From contig JBBRPR010000011.1 in NCBI GenBank assembly GCA_038227875.1, positions 1 through 64,000 of the forward strand: a DNA stretch of 64,000 bases, written 5' to 3'. Below the pieces are notes generated by a model. The model saw only the letters and a list, made by a program, of their open reading frames with translations, made no database searches and was not told the origin of the DNA. Of the stretch, positions 47,501 through 57,256 are shown in pieces. Source of the stretch: Planctomycetota bacterium (GTDB lineage Bacteria > Planctomycetota > SZUA-567 > H5-PLA8). A program made the translations under genes and the position numbers. Numbering within the stretch: position 1 is the stretch's first letter; each line of letters starts with the position of its first letter.

Positions 47501-48312
47501 CGTTCGCGTTCAGCCCCGGCACGCTGACGATCGTGCCATCGCCTCCGGTGATCGGTTCGATTTCGCTGCAGCCCAGCCCAGCATCCAGCGGTCAGAACGT
47601 CAACTGCTCCGTCGATGTCACCACCACCGCGGGTGTCAGCGCCACCGTCCTTTGGAATTTTGGAGACGGCACCACGGCGTCGGGGACCAGCGTCCAGCAC
47701 GTCTGGAAGAATGCAGGCACCTTCACGGTCACGATTACCGCGACCGGCAACGACGGCGTTGCGACGACCTCAACGCAGGAGATGTCTGTCAGCCTCACCG
47801 CGGGATCGGATCCCGGCGTCGTTGACGTTGGTCCCGGCACACCCGGCGGGCCCAGCTCAAAGCTCGGCAAGGCTTCGGCGAAAATCAATTTCGCATTGCG
47901 CGATAAAACGACGCTGACATGCACATTGGCCGCGCTGAATTTTCCCGCTACGCTCAAACAAGCCGACCTGCAATTGCTACCTGGCCTGCTGACTATTGGC
48001 GCCGGTCCCAACCAGCAACCCTATCAATTCGCGTTGAACAAAACCGGACAGGGTTCCGCTACAGGCATTCAGAAAATCACGGTCACGACGAAGAAAAGTA
48101 CGATTACATTTACAGTCAATGGACGTCTGGGATTGACCGATCTGTTCGAGAGCCTCGGAGCCACGACGACCCCAACGCCAAAAAATGGCGCACCGATTCC
48201 AATTACCATTCCGGGCACGCTAAAAATTGGCGACGCGATTTTTCTCGCGTTCACGCTGCGCTTGAATTTTGTTTCGAAAGGCAACTCGGGAACGGCCACG
48301 ACCGGAAAGTAG
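44590..48312 (+). CDS. Large secreted Gly-rich protein with Ig-like, two MBG-like and PKD domains
   Basis: Signal peptide; two Gly-rich repeat units; HGTLTFNADGSFAYTP; two LTV.A....K.(Y/F)GA units; WNFGDGT. Confidence 0.85.
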   Translation: MRVSSRISSGNPCQRWLALIALLMLIPNLHAATITWTGGGDNLFSNPSNWSPVGAPGTNSDVVIDSTGVAIVWDTSAVSTVRSIRLDRPFTGTVTLAQSITSNFITLNAGTLITAKDSPTTLISGVDLNIGATGSLLVRRSSLSGNGAGQTISVGHDLTVAPGGKIISDGQGFPTGMGPGAGTTQTNDGSGGGHGGTGADSSVARGGTSNGSATNPVSLGSGGGAGAPGGTSGLGVGGGAMHIMVLGNALIDGTLSANGSNSGAGDLGGGGSGGSIWLEVNSAFSGSGLISANGGNADGATNGGGGGGRIAITWGSSTFGGTVSAAPGTGAGGLSAMPGTYTFPDGHDLSVKGSFALLPGTYAIPNLSISNNATLLLQGDATALPNGSGVTINATNISIAAGSKLSASGQGFPTNSGPGAGDNQACDGSGGGHGGTGADTTLKSGGIAYGSVTSPTALGSGGGAGCAGGTNGTGFGGGAITLNASTISNNGAITANGISAVANTHGGGGSGGSILLVANTISGSGQIHADGGNGDGSTNGGGAGGRIAIRPISPALFAYTFSGPLTASAGTGGSTAATVGSIYIPPQISSAADQVFPGNGPSTAMQAITITNRPYVNAAITAANGLRIKIPSTFNMIWNPAFATATLTGPQAAKVSAAASYPTTSILSLTVLSDFGSGESFSVSGLSFMNFLPGSMPNPDALQLEILNDGATQAIDAHTIRIQEVTAFNDGLYTLTTGSMLNVAAPGVLTNDTEISNHALTAHSATLPAHGTLTFNADGSFAYTPAANYIGPDSFTYVANNGTTDSLPATVSLSVTKTVLTVTATDASKTYGAPLPIFAATFSGFVNGDTASVISGAPGFSTPAMSASAAGTYSILPSLGTLNAASYSFAFAPGTLTINKAVLTVSATGTVKPFGASIPTLPYTLSGFLNGDSAGVVSGAASLSTSATASSLEGTYPITVTAGTLSAANYTFAFSPGTLTIVPSPPVIGSISLQPSPASSGQNVNCSVDVTTTAGVSATVLWNFGDGTTASGTSVQHVWKNAGTFTVTITATGNDGVATTSTQEMSVSLTAGSDPGVVDVGPGTPGGPSSKLGKASAKINFALRDKTTLTCTLAALNFPATLKQADLQLLPGLLTIGAGPNQQPYQFALNKTGQGSATGIQKITVTTKKSTITFTVNGRLGLTDLFESLGATTTPTPKNGAPIPITIPGTLKIGDAIFLAFTLRLNFVSKGNSGTATTGK

Positions 48313-48356
48313 TGGTGGTTTTTAACCCTGGGGACCATGGTCCCTATGGTCGGCTA

Positions 48357-48914
48357 TCAGCTCGCGATCTCGTAGAATTCCCTCGAACGCGCGTCCAAAT
48401 TCGCCTTGTTCAGGATGTACTGATTGCCCGCGAGATCTTCGATCACCGACTGGCCGCTGGACGTGTGCTGAATCGATTCGCGCGGTGAGCCGGTGAAAAA
48501 ATCGTGAGCGCCACGGTCGGTCAGTACGAACCAATGGAACGAATGCTGTTCGTCGACCACGTTGTCGATACGCGTGATCACCGGCAGCATGCGCGAATTG
48601 CGGATCAGGCGCTTCATCAGCGTCGTGCCGGCTGCATTGACCTTCTCGAGGTTCTCCAGGATACCGATCATGTCGCCCTGCGAGCCGTCATCCTTGGCGG
48701 CGTAGAGCTGGATCATGGAATTCGGAGCCGTGAGCGGAAAAATCGGCAGCGCGTAGATGCTTGGGTACGACCGCACCGGCTCGCCGCGAATGTCGAGCTT
48801 CACGCGACCGAACTCGCCTTCCGAGAGCGTCAAGACGTCGGCCGAAAAAATCACCGCGCCGTCAGGCTTCTCTTCCTTCTTTGGCAGCGTTTCGGTCTTC
48901 ACGGCCTCAGTCAT
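48357..48914 (-). CDS. DUF1854-like protein
   Basis: FPLTAP...LPVITRI...W.V.TDRG...IEDLAGNQY...LD..S pattern; follows an ABC exporter. Confidence 0.75.
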   Translation of the reverse strand: MTEAVKTETLPKKEEKPDGAVIFSADVLTLSEGEFGRVKLDIRGEPVRSYPSIYALPIFPLTAPNSMIQLYAAKDDGSQGDMIGILENLEKVNAAGTTLMKRLIRNSRMLPVITRIDNVVDEQHSFHWFVLTDRGAHDFFTGSPRESIQHTSSGQSVIEDLAGNQYILNKANLDARSREFYEIAS

Positions 48915-48923
48915 CAGTTCTCC

Positions 48924-51287
48924 TTACGCGCCCACTGCAACGGTGCGCGCCCACTCGGTCTGAATCGTCACGAGTTTGTGATAAACACCATCGGTCTTCG
49001 CCATTAATTCGTCGTGCGTGCCCTTCTCTTTCACTTCGCCGTTTTCCATCACCACGAGGTAGTGCGCGTGGCGGAGGGTGCTCAGGCGATGAGCGATGGC
49101 GATGGTGGTGCGGCCTTTCACCAGGCGTTCGAGCGCCTGTTGAATCTTCTGCTCGGTCTCCGTATCGACGCTGCTGGTGGCTTCGTCGAGAATCAGAATT
49201 TTTGGATCCATCACCAGCGCGCGGGCAATGGCGATGCGCTGCCGTTCGCCGCCGGAAAGTTTGGCGCCACGCTCGCCGACCTGGCTGTCGTAACCGTTGG
49301 GCAGACGCATGATGAATTCGTGTGCGTTCGCCGCGCTCGCCGCGCGGATGATCTCCGCCGCCGACGCTCCCGGCCGACCGAAGGCGATGTTCTCCGCGAT
49401 CGAGCCGTTGAACATGAACGGGTCCTGCAGCACGACCGACACGCGCTGATGGTACGCCTCGCGGCCGATCTGCCGGATGTCGATGCCATCGACGAGGATG
49501 CCGCCCTGGTCGACGTCATAGAGCCGCATGACCAGCTTGATCAGCGTCGATTTTCCCGACCCCGATTTGCCGACCAGCCCGACCATCTGCCCCGCGGCGA
49601 TTTCCAGGGTCAGGTTCTTGAGCACCGGCTTGTGCTTCTCGTATCCAAACGTGACGTCTTTGAGTTCGATGCGTCCGGTAACGTTGTCCATTGACAGCGG
49701 CGACGGCGCATCGACGATCTCCGGCTGCGTATCGATCAGCTCGAACACGCGCTCGGCCGCCGTGGTGCTGCGCGCCAGCCAGTCGTTCAATCGCGTCAGC
49801 AATTGCAGCGGGCCGTAGAGCAGCCCCATCAGCGTCAGGTACTCGATCAAATCGCCGGCCGACATGCGCCCGCCGAGCACTTCGTTACCGCCGAAGTACC
49901 AGACCAGGATCGATGACGACTGGATGATCAGTGTCAGCATCGGCAGCAGCGTCTGCCAGTTCTGTTCGGCGGTGATTGTGCGGGCGGTGGTTTCGTTGCT
50001 GCGCTCTTCAAACCGCGAAATCGTGCGGTTCTCCTGGCCTGTCGCTTTAATTTCCCGGGTTCCGTTCAGGGTGTCCGAGAGAAATGCGTTCATCCGCGAA
50101 ACGCTGTCCCACCACTTGCGGAAACCAACCATGATCTTCTTCCACACCAGCTTGGAGACGATCAGCACGATGGGAATGGGAATGATCACGATCATTCCGA
50201 GCGTCGGATTCTTGATCAGCAACGAAACTGAAATTCCCACCAGCAGAAGGAGGTTGATGACCGTGAACTGCACACCTTCGACCAGAAAACCTTCGATGTT
50301 CTGGCTATCGTGGCTGACGCGGCTCATCAACGCGCCGACCTGTCGCTTTTCGAAGTAGCCGAGACTCAAGATCTGAAGATGGTTGTACGCGCGCATGCGG
50401 ATGGAATTGGTGACCTGCGCACCGACCCAGACGGCCAGCCGTGACCGCACCGCGGCGATCAACGCCTGCGCGACCATGGTGGCGAAGAGAATGGCCAGCA
50501 GCGTGCCGAGCATCCCGGTGTTCTTCTTGATCAAGACGTCGTCGAGCAGGTATTTCGTGAGCCTGGGCGGAACGAGCTGAATCACGGCGCTCAACGTCAT
50601 CAGGATGGAAATACAGACGAGTTGCAACCGGTAGGGACGCGCGAAACTGAATATGCGGAAGAGCGTCCGCGTGCGGCTGATGCAGAACGGACAGACCTTG
50701 GTGTGCCGCGGGTACTGGCGTCCGCAGTTGCCGCAATTGCGTTCGATTTCCTCATCGAGCGAAATCTTGATCGCCTTCATCGCCACGTCGATGGCGACCG
50801 GGGGCTCTTTGGGCGGTTCGGGCTTTTTCTCTTCGACTGGCGGCCTCGCCGGTGTCGCGGGGATCGCTGGCTCTTTTATTTCTGTCTCGGGCTTCTTCTC
50901 GTCTTCCTTCTTCTCCGGAGGCTTCGGTCGCGCGGTCTTCTGCAGATTACCGGCGATCGAGCCGAACAGGCGCGCCTGGCTGGCAGGAAACCGAAGTACT
51001 TCCGTGGGCTTGCCATCGATGTCCAGCGAGAGCGCTCCACCGCCGATAAACGGCAGCGTTTTCGCGCCCGTCAGCTTGTCGAGATCGATAGCAGAAGTGA
51101 CTTCGTAGCCCTTGGTGTTGCGCACGACCGTGACGCGGCGGTCGCCGATCGCCAGCCACGTTTTGCCGTATTCGGCGTCCTGCGTCATATGCGAGCAGAT
51201 GCAGATCATCGGCTCTTTGTCAGTAATCGCCTGCTCGTTCAGCAGCTTCTGCAATTCCGCGGGAACGGTATGGCCATTCGTTGGCAT
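48924..51287 (-). CDS. ABC exporter (TMD-NBD) with N-terminal extension and zinc ribbon
   Basis: GKSGSGKS, LSGGERQ, ILDEATS, IAHRLST; CGNC...CPFC. Confidence 0.93.
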   Translation of the reverse strand: MPTNGHTVPAELQKLLNEQAITDKEPMICICSHMTQDAEYGKTWLAIGDRRVTVVRNTKGYEVTSAIDLDKLTGAKTLPFIGGGALSLDIDGKPTEVLRFPASQARLFGSIAGNLQKTARPKPPEKKEDEKKPETEIKEPAIPATPARPPVEEKKPEPPKEPPVAIDVAMKAIKISLDEEIERNCGNCGRQYPRHTKVCPFCISRTRTLFRIFSFARPYRLQLVCISILMTLSAVIQLVPPRLTKYLLDDVLIKKNTGMLGTLLAILFATMVAQALIAAVRSRLAVWVGAQVTNSIRMRAYNHLQILSLGYFEKRQVGALMSRVSHDSQNIEGFLVEGVQFTVINLLLLVGISVSLLIKNPTLGMIVIIPIPIVLIVSKLVWKKIMVGFRKWWDSVSRMNAFLSDTLNGTREIKATGQENRTISRFEERSNETTARTITAEQNWQTLLPMLTLIIQSSSILVWYFGGNEVLGGRMSAGDLIEYLTLMGLLYGPLQLLTRLNDWLARSTTAAERVFELIDTQPEIVDAPSPLSMDNVTGRIELKDVTFGYEKHKPVLKNLTLEIAAGQMVGLVGKSGSGKSTLIKLVMRLYDVDQGGILVDGIDIRQIGREAYHQRVSVVLQDPFMFNGSIAENIAFGRPGASAAEIIRAASAANAHEFIMRLPNGYDSQVGERGAKLSGGERQRIAIARALVMDPKILILDEATSSVDTETEQKIQQALERLVKGRTTIAIAHRLSTLRHAHYLVVMENGEVKEKGTHDELMAKTDGVYHKLVTIQTEWARTVAVGA

Positions 51288-51496
51288 CGTAACGCGTAGA
51301 TCCTTGAGACCGGCAGATTCGTCCCGCGGAGCGCGAAACGCAATGTTCTGGATTTGAGTACCGCGGTACAGCGTGCTTTTCGACTGACTTCGCAACTAGT
51401 TTCGAAAGTATTGTATTTATAAACCCTATGAAACGCCACGTGTCAATTTATTTCTACAAAAGTTCCGGCGGCGGGGCTGCACAGCGGATCAACGGT

Positions 51497-52006
51497 TCAC
51501 ACGTCCTTTACCTTGCGAGCACCTGCCAGGCGCGTGATCACAAATAGTCCACCGACAAACGCGCCGAGTCCAATGGCGAGCACCGCGAAGGCACTGATGC
51601 CGCCGCCGTCGCTGCCATCGTCCGGAAATTCGTTGGGTAGAATGAAATGCCCGGCGTGGTCGAAGCCCTTTTTGAAAACTCGGCCGTTCGGATCGAAAAT
51701 GATCAGCTCGGGAATCGCTTCCAGTTTGTACTGATGGGCGACGTCGCTTTCGGCACTGTTGATGTCGATCTTGCGCAACACCATGTCGCTGCGTTTGCGC
51801 ACGGCGTCTTCAAACTTCGGCCCCCAACGATCGCAGCTCGCGCACCAGTTGGCATAGAATTCAAAGACCGTGTACTTGCCGGGCACGAGCTGCTCGCGTT
51901 CATTGATGGCCGCGCCGTGGCTGATCGTCTTGCAGATCTCGTCCTCCACCGCACGAACTTGCGCGGCACCAAGTACGATCAACATATACGCAATGACGCG
52001 AATCAT
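51497..52006 (-). CDS. Exported, membrane-anchored thioredoxin-like protein
   Basis: FYANWCASC; AIP cis-Pro loop; signal peptide and C-terminal TM. Confidence 0.85.
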   Translation of the reverse strand: MIRVIAYMLIVLGAAQVRAVEDEICKTISHGAAINEREQLVPGKYTVFEFYANWCASCDRWGPKFEDAVRKRSDMVLRKIDINSAESDVAHQYKLEAIPELIIFDPNGRVFKKGFDHAGHFILPNEFPDDGSDGGGISAFAVLAIGLGAFVGGLFVITRLAGARKVKDV

Positions 52007-52055
52007 ACTTTCAGTTTACCCAGCAGCGATGCAGCGTCGACTAAAGTGCGCAAAC

Positions 52056-52087
52056 AAAAAAAGCGCCGGCTGATTAAGCCGGCGCTT
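52056..52087 (-). terminator. Intrinsic terminator after rplQ
   Basis: 11-bp stem AAGCGCCGGCT/AGCCGGCGCTT with T run on minus strand. Confidence 0.85.
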
Positions 52088-52131
52088 CTTACTTGTTGAG
52101 TTTCGTTTTCCCGAATGGCCCAACAGCCAAC

Positions 52132-52668
52132 TTACGCCTTCGGTGCTTCCGGAGCCGCCGGCTTGCTATCGGCCTTCGCCTTCGGCTTCTTGCTGCGGCG
52201 CTGCTTCTGGCTCTTCTCGCGCTTGACGATTTCAGCCTCGCACAGTTCCCACAGCACCAGCGTGGCGTTGTCGCCCAACCGCGTGCCGTAGTACTTCGAG
52301 CGGTTGAACTTCGTGCCACGCGGCAGGTCCGACTGCGCCTGGCGGATGGTCGTCGGCAGGCGCAGGATGCGCGTGTAGCCGCCGGTCCGGTTGGCGAAGC
52401 GGTCCTTGATCTCGGAGAAGATCTTCTTGACGGCGCGCTTGGCGGCCGACGTCGAGCCGAGTTCCGAGATGGCCTGGCGGCGGTCGTGCACGGTGCCGTT
52501 CTTGCCCATCGTGATCAACCGTTCGGCGATCGGGCGGGCCGCTTTGGCCTTCTGGATCGTCGTGCGGATGCGGCCGTGCTCAACCAGATTCATCACCATG
52601 TTGCGGAACATCGCCCGGCGATGGTCAGGATGACGGCCAAAATTCTTTGCTGCACTCATGTGTCGCAT
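52132..52668 (-). CDS. rplQ: 50S ribosomal protein L17
   Basis: MRH...HRRAMFRN...GGYTRI. Confidence 0.97.
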   Translation of the reverse strand: MRHMSAAKNFGRHPDHRRAMFRNMVMNLVEHGRIRTTIQKAKAARPIAERLITMGKNGTVHDRRQAISELGSTSAAKRAVKKIFSEIKDRFANRTGGYTRILRLPTTIRQAQSDLPRGTKFNRSKYYGTRLGDNATLVLWELCEAEIVKREKSQKQRRSKKPKAKADSKPAAPEAPKA

Positions 52669-52716
52669 GTTGACCCCAAATCCGTTCTAGATTCCCAAAT
52701 TCAGAAACTGCTGTGC

Positions 52717-53778
52717 TTAAGCGCTCGGCGCGCTCGCTTCTTCGCCGACTTCCATGCCGAACGACAAACCCATGTCGAACAGCTTCTTCTTGATTTCCTT
52801 GAGGCTGGTCTTGCCGAAGTTCTTGATCTTCAGCACGTCGCCTTCGGTCAGGCGCACCAGGTCGCCAAGCGTCTGTATGTTCGCGGCGGCCAGGCAGTTC
52901 TCCGCGCGCACGGACGGTTCGAGGACGCTGACGGGCAGCTTGAGCTTGTCGCGAATTTCCTTCGCACCGGTGTCTTCGCCCGTGGTCAGCTCGCCGGCGG
53001 GCGCTTCCACGCCGCTGGTTTCCATCTGCTGGCCGAGTTCGAAGTACTTCACGAACGGGTTGAAGTGCTTGCGCAGGATCGTCGATGATTCCACCAGCGC
53101 CATTTCCGGCGTGACAGTTCCATCGGTCCAGATTTCCAGGATCAGCTTGTCGAAGTCGGTCTGCTGTCCGACGCGGGTGTTCTCCACCCGGTAGCGCACG
53201 CGGCGCACGGGGGTGTAGATGCTGTCGATCGGAATGACGCCAATCGGCGCGTCGGGCGTGATGTTTTCTTCAGCCGTGCGGTAGCCGCGGCCCTTGCGCG
53301 CCGTCATCTCGATGTTCATCGTGACGTCGTCGGTCAGGGTGCAGAGCAGCAGTTCCGGGTTGACGATTTCAAAGCGTTCATCGCGGACGATATCGCCGGC
53401 CTTCAGAGGGCCCTTGACCTTCTTCTCCACCTTGAACGAAATCGGCTCGTCGGTATGTACCTTGAGGCGCAGTTCCTTGATGTTCAGAATCAAATCGGTG
53501 ATGTCTTCGTAGAGTCCCGGGATGGCCGTGAACTCGTGGGAGACATGGGTCGTCTTCAGCTTGCCGTCTTCAGCCTTGTGCGTGACTTCGACGCGGATCG
53601 AGGAGACCGCCGCGCCTTCGAGGCTGGAGAGCAGCACGCGCCGCAACGAATTGCCGACCGTGACGCCGTAACCGCGTTCAAACGGTTCGGCCACAAATTT
53701 TCCGTAGCGATCGTTCGCCGTTTCCTTTTCCAGGGTGACATGAGTGGGAAGCTCGAAACCGCGCCAGCGAATTCGCAT
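52717..53778 (-). CDS. rpoA: RNA polymerase alpha subunit
   Basis: EPFERGYGVTVGNSLRRVLLSS, NFGKTSL. Confidence 0.98.
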   Translation of the reverse strand: MRIRWRGFELPTHVTLEKETANDRYGKFVAEPFERGYGVTVGNSLRRVLLSSLEGAAVSSIRVEVTHKAEDGKLKTTHVSHEFTAIPGLYEDITDLILNIKELRLKVHTDEPISFKVEKKVKGPLKAGDIVRDERFEIVNPELLLCTLTDDVTMNIEMTARKGRGYRTAEENITPDAPIGVIPIDSIYTPVRRVRYRVENTRVGQQTDFDKLILEIWTDGTVTPEMALVESSTILRKHFNPFVKYFELGQQMETSGVEAPAGELTTGEDTGAKEIRDKLKLPVSVLEPSVRAENCLAAANIQTLGDLVRLTEGDVLKIKNFGKTSLKEIKKKLFDMGLSFGMEVGEEASAPSA

Positions 53779-54000
53779 GGTAAAATACCTCGCGTCCTCA
53801 ACATTTTGCGTTCAACGCCTGTGCCGGACGCGGGATTGAGGAGAATCCCGGCCGACGCGGATAAGGCGCCGCTGTTGTTCAAGGCCCTGGCCCTTCACCG
53901 CATCCGCGCGGCATGCGGAACCAGGTCCCCCCTGCGGTACTACATTCTTCTCCAGCGCGGAAGGCTCTTATGAAGCCCGCCGCGCTGGAAAGAAACTTTT

Positions 54001-54627
54001 TTACTTCGACAGCAATTCGACGATCAACTGTTCCTGGACGGGAATCGACACGTCTTCGCGGGTCGGCAGGCCGACGATCTTGCCGCTCAGGTTCTCCGCT
54101 TCCGCGGCGATCCAGGACGGGCACTGGCGCCCCTTCGTTTCTTCCAACCGGGCGCGGACGCGCTTCTGGCTCTTGTCGCGCGGGCGGACCTTCAACTCTT
54201 CGCCCACTTCGACCAGGAAGCTCGGCACGCTGACGCGGCGGCCATCGATGTTGATGTGGCCGTGCGTGATCAACTGGCGCGCTTCGCCGCGGGAGGCGGC
54301 CCAGCCCAGCTTGAAGACCACGTTGTCCAGGCGGCGTTCGAAAATGGTCATGAGGGTTTCGCCGGTGTTACCCTTGGAACCCGAAGCTTCGGCGAAATAG
54401 CGGCGGAACTGCTCTTCCATCACGCCGTAGAAGCGCTTGACCTTCTGCTTTTCGCGCAGGCCTTCACCGAACGACGAGACCTTGCCGCGGCGGAAACTGA
54501 CGTTACCGGGCGGGTAGTCGCGGCGCGCAATCGCGCACTTTTCGGATTCGCAGCGGATGCCCTTCAGAAACAGCTTCATGCCTTCGCGGCGGCACAACCG
54601 GCACTTCGGTCCTGTATACCGACCCAT
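54001..54627 (-). CDS. rpsD: 30S ribosomal protein S4
   Basis: MGRYTGPKCRLCRREG, ERRLDNVV. Confidence 0.98.
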   Translation of the reverse strand: MGRYTGPKCRLCRREGMKLFLKGIRCESEKCAIARRDYPPGNVSFRRGKVSSFGEGLREKQKVKRFYGVMEEQFRRYFAEASGSKGNTGETLMTIFERRLDNVVFKLGWAASRGEARQLITHGHINIDGRRVSVPSFLVEVGEELKVRPRDKSQKRVRARLEETKGRQCPSWIAAEAENLSGKIVGLPTREDVSIPVQEQLIVELLSK

Positions 54628-54874
54628 CGTCTCTCCTTGGGTGACCGCCATCCGTAACAACCGCAATCGCGGGTGGGATGTTCAGTCGCTTCGGACACAC
54701 GCAGTTTGAACTCTCTCGGAGTTCGCAAACCGACATGAAATCCACGCGCGTTATTCCGTTCCGGCAGCCGCCGAATCCTGTGGCGGCTCGTCTTCTCGAG
54801 TACTGCTTCGTTTTCAACCGGGAAGACGCAACGCGCTGATCCGGCCTGTGGCTGAAAACGTTACTGCAACTGAA

Positions 54875-55258
54875 TCACACGCGGCGGCGCTTGCGCGGAC
54901 GGCAGCCGTTATGGGGCAGCGGCGTGACGTCTTCGATGGCGCGGACGCTCAGCCCGGCGGCCTGCAGACCGCGGATCGCCGACTCGCGGCCCGATCCCGG
55001 TCCCTTGACGCGGACTTCGACTTCCTTCATGCCCATCTTCAAGGCCTTCTCCGCGACGGCTTCCGCCGTGCGCTGAGCGGCGAAGGGCGTGCTCTTGCGT
55101 GCGCCCTTGAACTTCACCGTGCCCGCCGAATCCCAGCACAGCGTGTCGCCGTCGGTATCGGTGATCGAGATGATCGTGTTGTTGAACGTCGCCTGCACGT
55201 GGGCGATGCCGCGCGCCACGCTGCGTTTGACTTTTTTCTTCTTGTACGCCTTAGCCAT
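54875..55258 (-). CDS. rpsK: 30S ribosomal protein S11
   Basis: [21 protein letters not shown]. Confidence 0.98.
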   Translation of the reverse strand: MAKAYKKKKVKRSVARGIAHVQATFNNTIISITDTDGDTLCWDSAGTVKFKGARKSTPFAAQRTAEAVAEKALKMGMKEVEVRVKGPGSGRESAIRGLQAAGLSVRAIEDVTPLPHNGCRPRKRRRV

Positions 55259-55348
55259 TCTGCTCCTGCCTTCCGTATTTCGCTTTAGCCAATCTCAAGT
55301 ACATTCAAGCAGCCCGTCGCCAAGCCGGACTGGACAGGCTGAATTTTC

Positions 55349-55765
55349 TTAGCGCATTTCCTTCACTGAGCGCTTCACGGCCACTGTCTTCTTCTTGCCC
55401 TTGCGGGTGCGCGCGTTGGTGCGTGTGCGCTGACCGCGGACCGGCAGGCCCTTGACGTGGCGCATGCCACGGTAGCAGCCGATCTTCTTGAGGCGCATGA
55501 TGTGCTGCTGCGTCTTGCGGCGGAGCGCACCTTCGACGGGACCGGAGCGGCCGTCCTTGGTCACTTCGTCGTTGTAGTTCTTGTCGATGAACGCGGTGAT
55601 GCGCGCGACTTCATCGTCCTTCAGGTCGCGGGCGCGCGTGTCCGGATTGACGCCCGTTTCCTTGAGGATCTGCTTGGCGCGGTAAGCGCCAACGCCGTAA
55701 ATGTACTGCAGCGACATCTCGACACGCTTTTCGTTCGGGATGTCAATACCCATGATACGTGGCAT
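55349..55765 (-). CDS. rpsM: 30S ribosomal protein S13
   Basis: [18 protein letters not shown]. Confidence 0.98.
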   Translation of the reverse strand: MPRIMGIDIPNEKRVEMSLQYIYGVGAYRAKQILKETGVNPDTRARDLKDDEVARITAFIDKNYNDEVTKDGRSGPVEGALRRKTQQHIMRLKKIGCYRGMRHVKGLPVRGQRTRTNARTRKGKKKTVAVKRSVKEMR

Positions 55766-55913
55766 GCTCTCTCCTTCGAATTCCGAGGACGAATCACTTC
55801 GTCCGTTCGAAATCTGTTTCCGTTGCTCGAATTTATTCCCGAGGTCTCATCGCACTCGAGGTGTCTGTTTTTAACCACATGGACAATTGTCCGTATGGTC
55901 CTCCGGATATTAC

Positions 55914-56027
55914 TTAGCCCTGACGCATCTTGTGACGCGGTTCGGTGCAGATCACTCGCAGACGACCCTTGCGGCGGACGATCTTGCAGTTCTCACAGCG
56001 GCGTTTAATGGACGGTCTGACTTTCAT
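55914..56027 (-). CDS. rpmJ: 50S ribosomal protein L36 (too short for the ORF track)
   Basis: Manual translation [37 protein letters not shown]. Confidence 0.97.
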   Translation of the reverse strand: MKVRPSIKRRCENCKIVRRKGRLRVICTEPRHKMRQG

Positions 56028-56112
56028 GACAACCCTCTTTCAAGTTCGAATGTCAACCCGCAAGTGTCGAATTTCGAAAGGCGAAATTCAGCACCCGCTC
56101 TTCTTTTTCACT

Positions 56113-56328
56113 TCATCCCCGGAACACGATCCGGCCCTTGGTCAGATCGTATGGGGACATCTCCACGGTAACGTGATCGCCGGGCAGAATCTTGATGAAG
56201 TTCATCCGCATTTTGCCCGATACGTGCGCAAGGATGATGTGGCCCGTGGGGAGCTCCACCTTAAACTGCGTATTTGGAAGCGCTTCCCGTACGGTTGCCT
56301 CCATGCGAATCGGTTCTTCTTTTGCCAT
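56113..56328 (-). CDS. infA: Translation initiation factor IF-1
   Basis: MAKEEPI...[15 protein letters not shown]...[10 protein letters not shown]. Confidence 0.98.
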   Translation of the reverse strand: MAKEEPIRMEATVREALPNTQFKVELPTGHIILAHVSGKMRMNFIKILPGDHVTVEMSPYDLTKGRIVFRG

Positions 56329-56401
56329 ACATCCTATCAATAATGCAAATGGTTAACGTGTGCCATCACCTGTGAGGGCACACGCAACTGGAAAGCCGAA
56401 A

Positions 56402-56430
56402 CTTTTAGCAAAATGCGACTTCGTTGTCAA
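56402..56430 (-). promoter_or_regulatory. Putative internal promoter upstream of infA
   Basis: TTGACA-17 bp-TAAAAG with extended -10 TG, in an AT-rich spacer. Confidence 0.45.
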
Positions 56431-56470
56431 TCTCACATCCGCGATTATCAACAATTTTCATGCACAATTT

Positions 56471-57256
56471 CTACAATTTCGTTAAAATTTCGATCCGGTC
56501 CGCCAAGATCGCCACCGTGTGTTCGAAATGAACTGACCTTCCTGCATCCTGTGTCCGCACCGGCCAATCACTAGGTGCGCCCTTCACTTTTTCTGTGCCT
56601 TCGTTCACCATCGGCTCGATCGCCAGCACCATTCCGGGCTTTAAAACGGTCCGGAATCCTGGCAGCCAATCTTTTGTTTCAACATAGTTGCGAACCTGCG
56701 GGGGTTCATGCAGCGACTGCCCCACCCCATGCCCCACGTAATCGCGAACTACGGTAAAGCCACGTTCTTCAATCAGAGTCTGCACGGCCTTCGACGCTTC
56801 TGCCAGCAAGCCCTTCGGCTTCATCGCCGCGATACCCGCGTACAACGCTTCTTCGCCGGCCTTGAGCAACTTCGCGGCTTCCGGGTCCGGCGTGCCGACG
56901 GGGAACGTCCACGCCGAGTCGCCGATGTAGCCGTTCTTGTACACACCCACGTCGATCGAGACCAAATCGCCGTTCTTCAGCGGCACGTCGTCGGGGATGC
57001 CATGCACGACCACGTCATTGACTGAAGCACAGACCGCCGAGGGAAACGGTACTTTGCCCGGCAGCTCATAGCCTTTGAACGGAGAACGTCCACCGGCCTT
57101 GGCGATGTGCTCCGTGACGGCCTGATCGATCTGCCGCGTCGTGACGCCCGGCGCGATCATCTTGCGCACGAGCTCCAGGCACTCGGCGACCACGCGGCCG
57201 GATTCGCGGATCAGTTCAATCTGCCGCGCGGAATAGATCTTCGGGGTATCGCTCAC
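56471..57256 (-). CDS. map: Methionine aminopeptidase type I
   Basis: VVHGIP, GHGVG..LHEPP, AIEPM, HFEHT. Confidence 0.97.
   Translation of the reverse strand: MSDTPKIYSARQIELIRESGRVVAECLELVRKMIAPGVTTRQIDQAVTEHIAKAGGRSPFKGYELPGKVPFPSAVCASVNDVVVHGIPDDVPLKNGDLVSIDVGVYKNGYIGDSAWTFPVGTPDPEAAKLLKAGEEALYAGIAAMKPKGLLAEASKAVQTLIEERGFTVVRDYVGHGVGQSLHEPPQVRNYVETKDWLPGFRTVLKPGMVLAIEPMVNEGTEKVKGAPSDWPVRTQDAGRSVHFEHTVAILADRIEILTKL

Noticed and set aside
53779..54874. Hairpins in the long spacers flanking rpsD as ncRNAs
   Set aside because: Stems are expected at this GC content and I recognised no known leader; cannot be supported without covariation data
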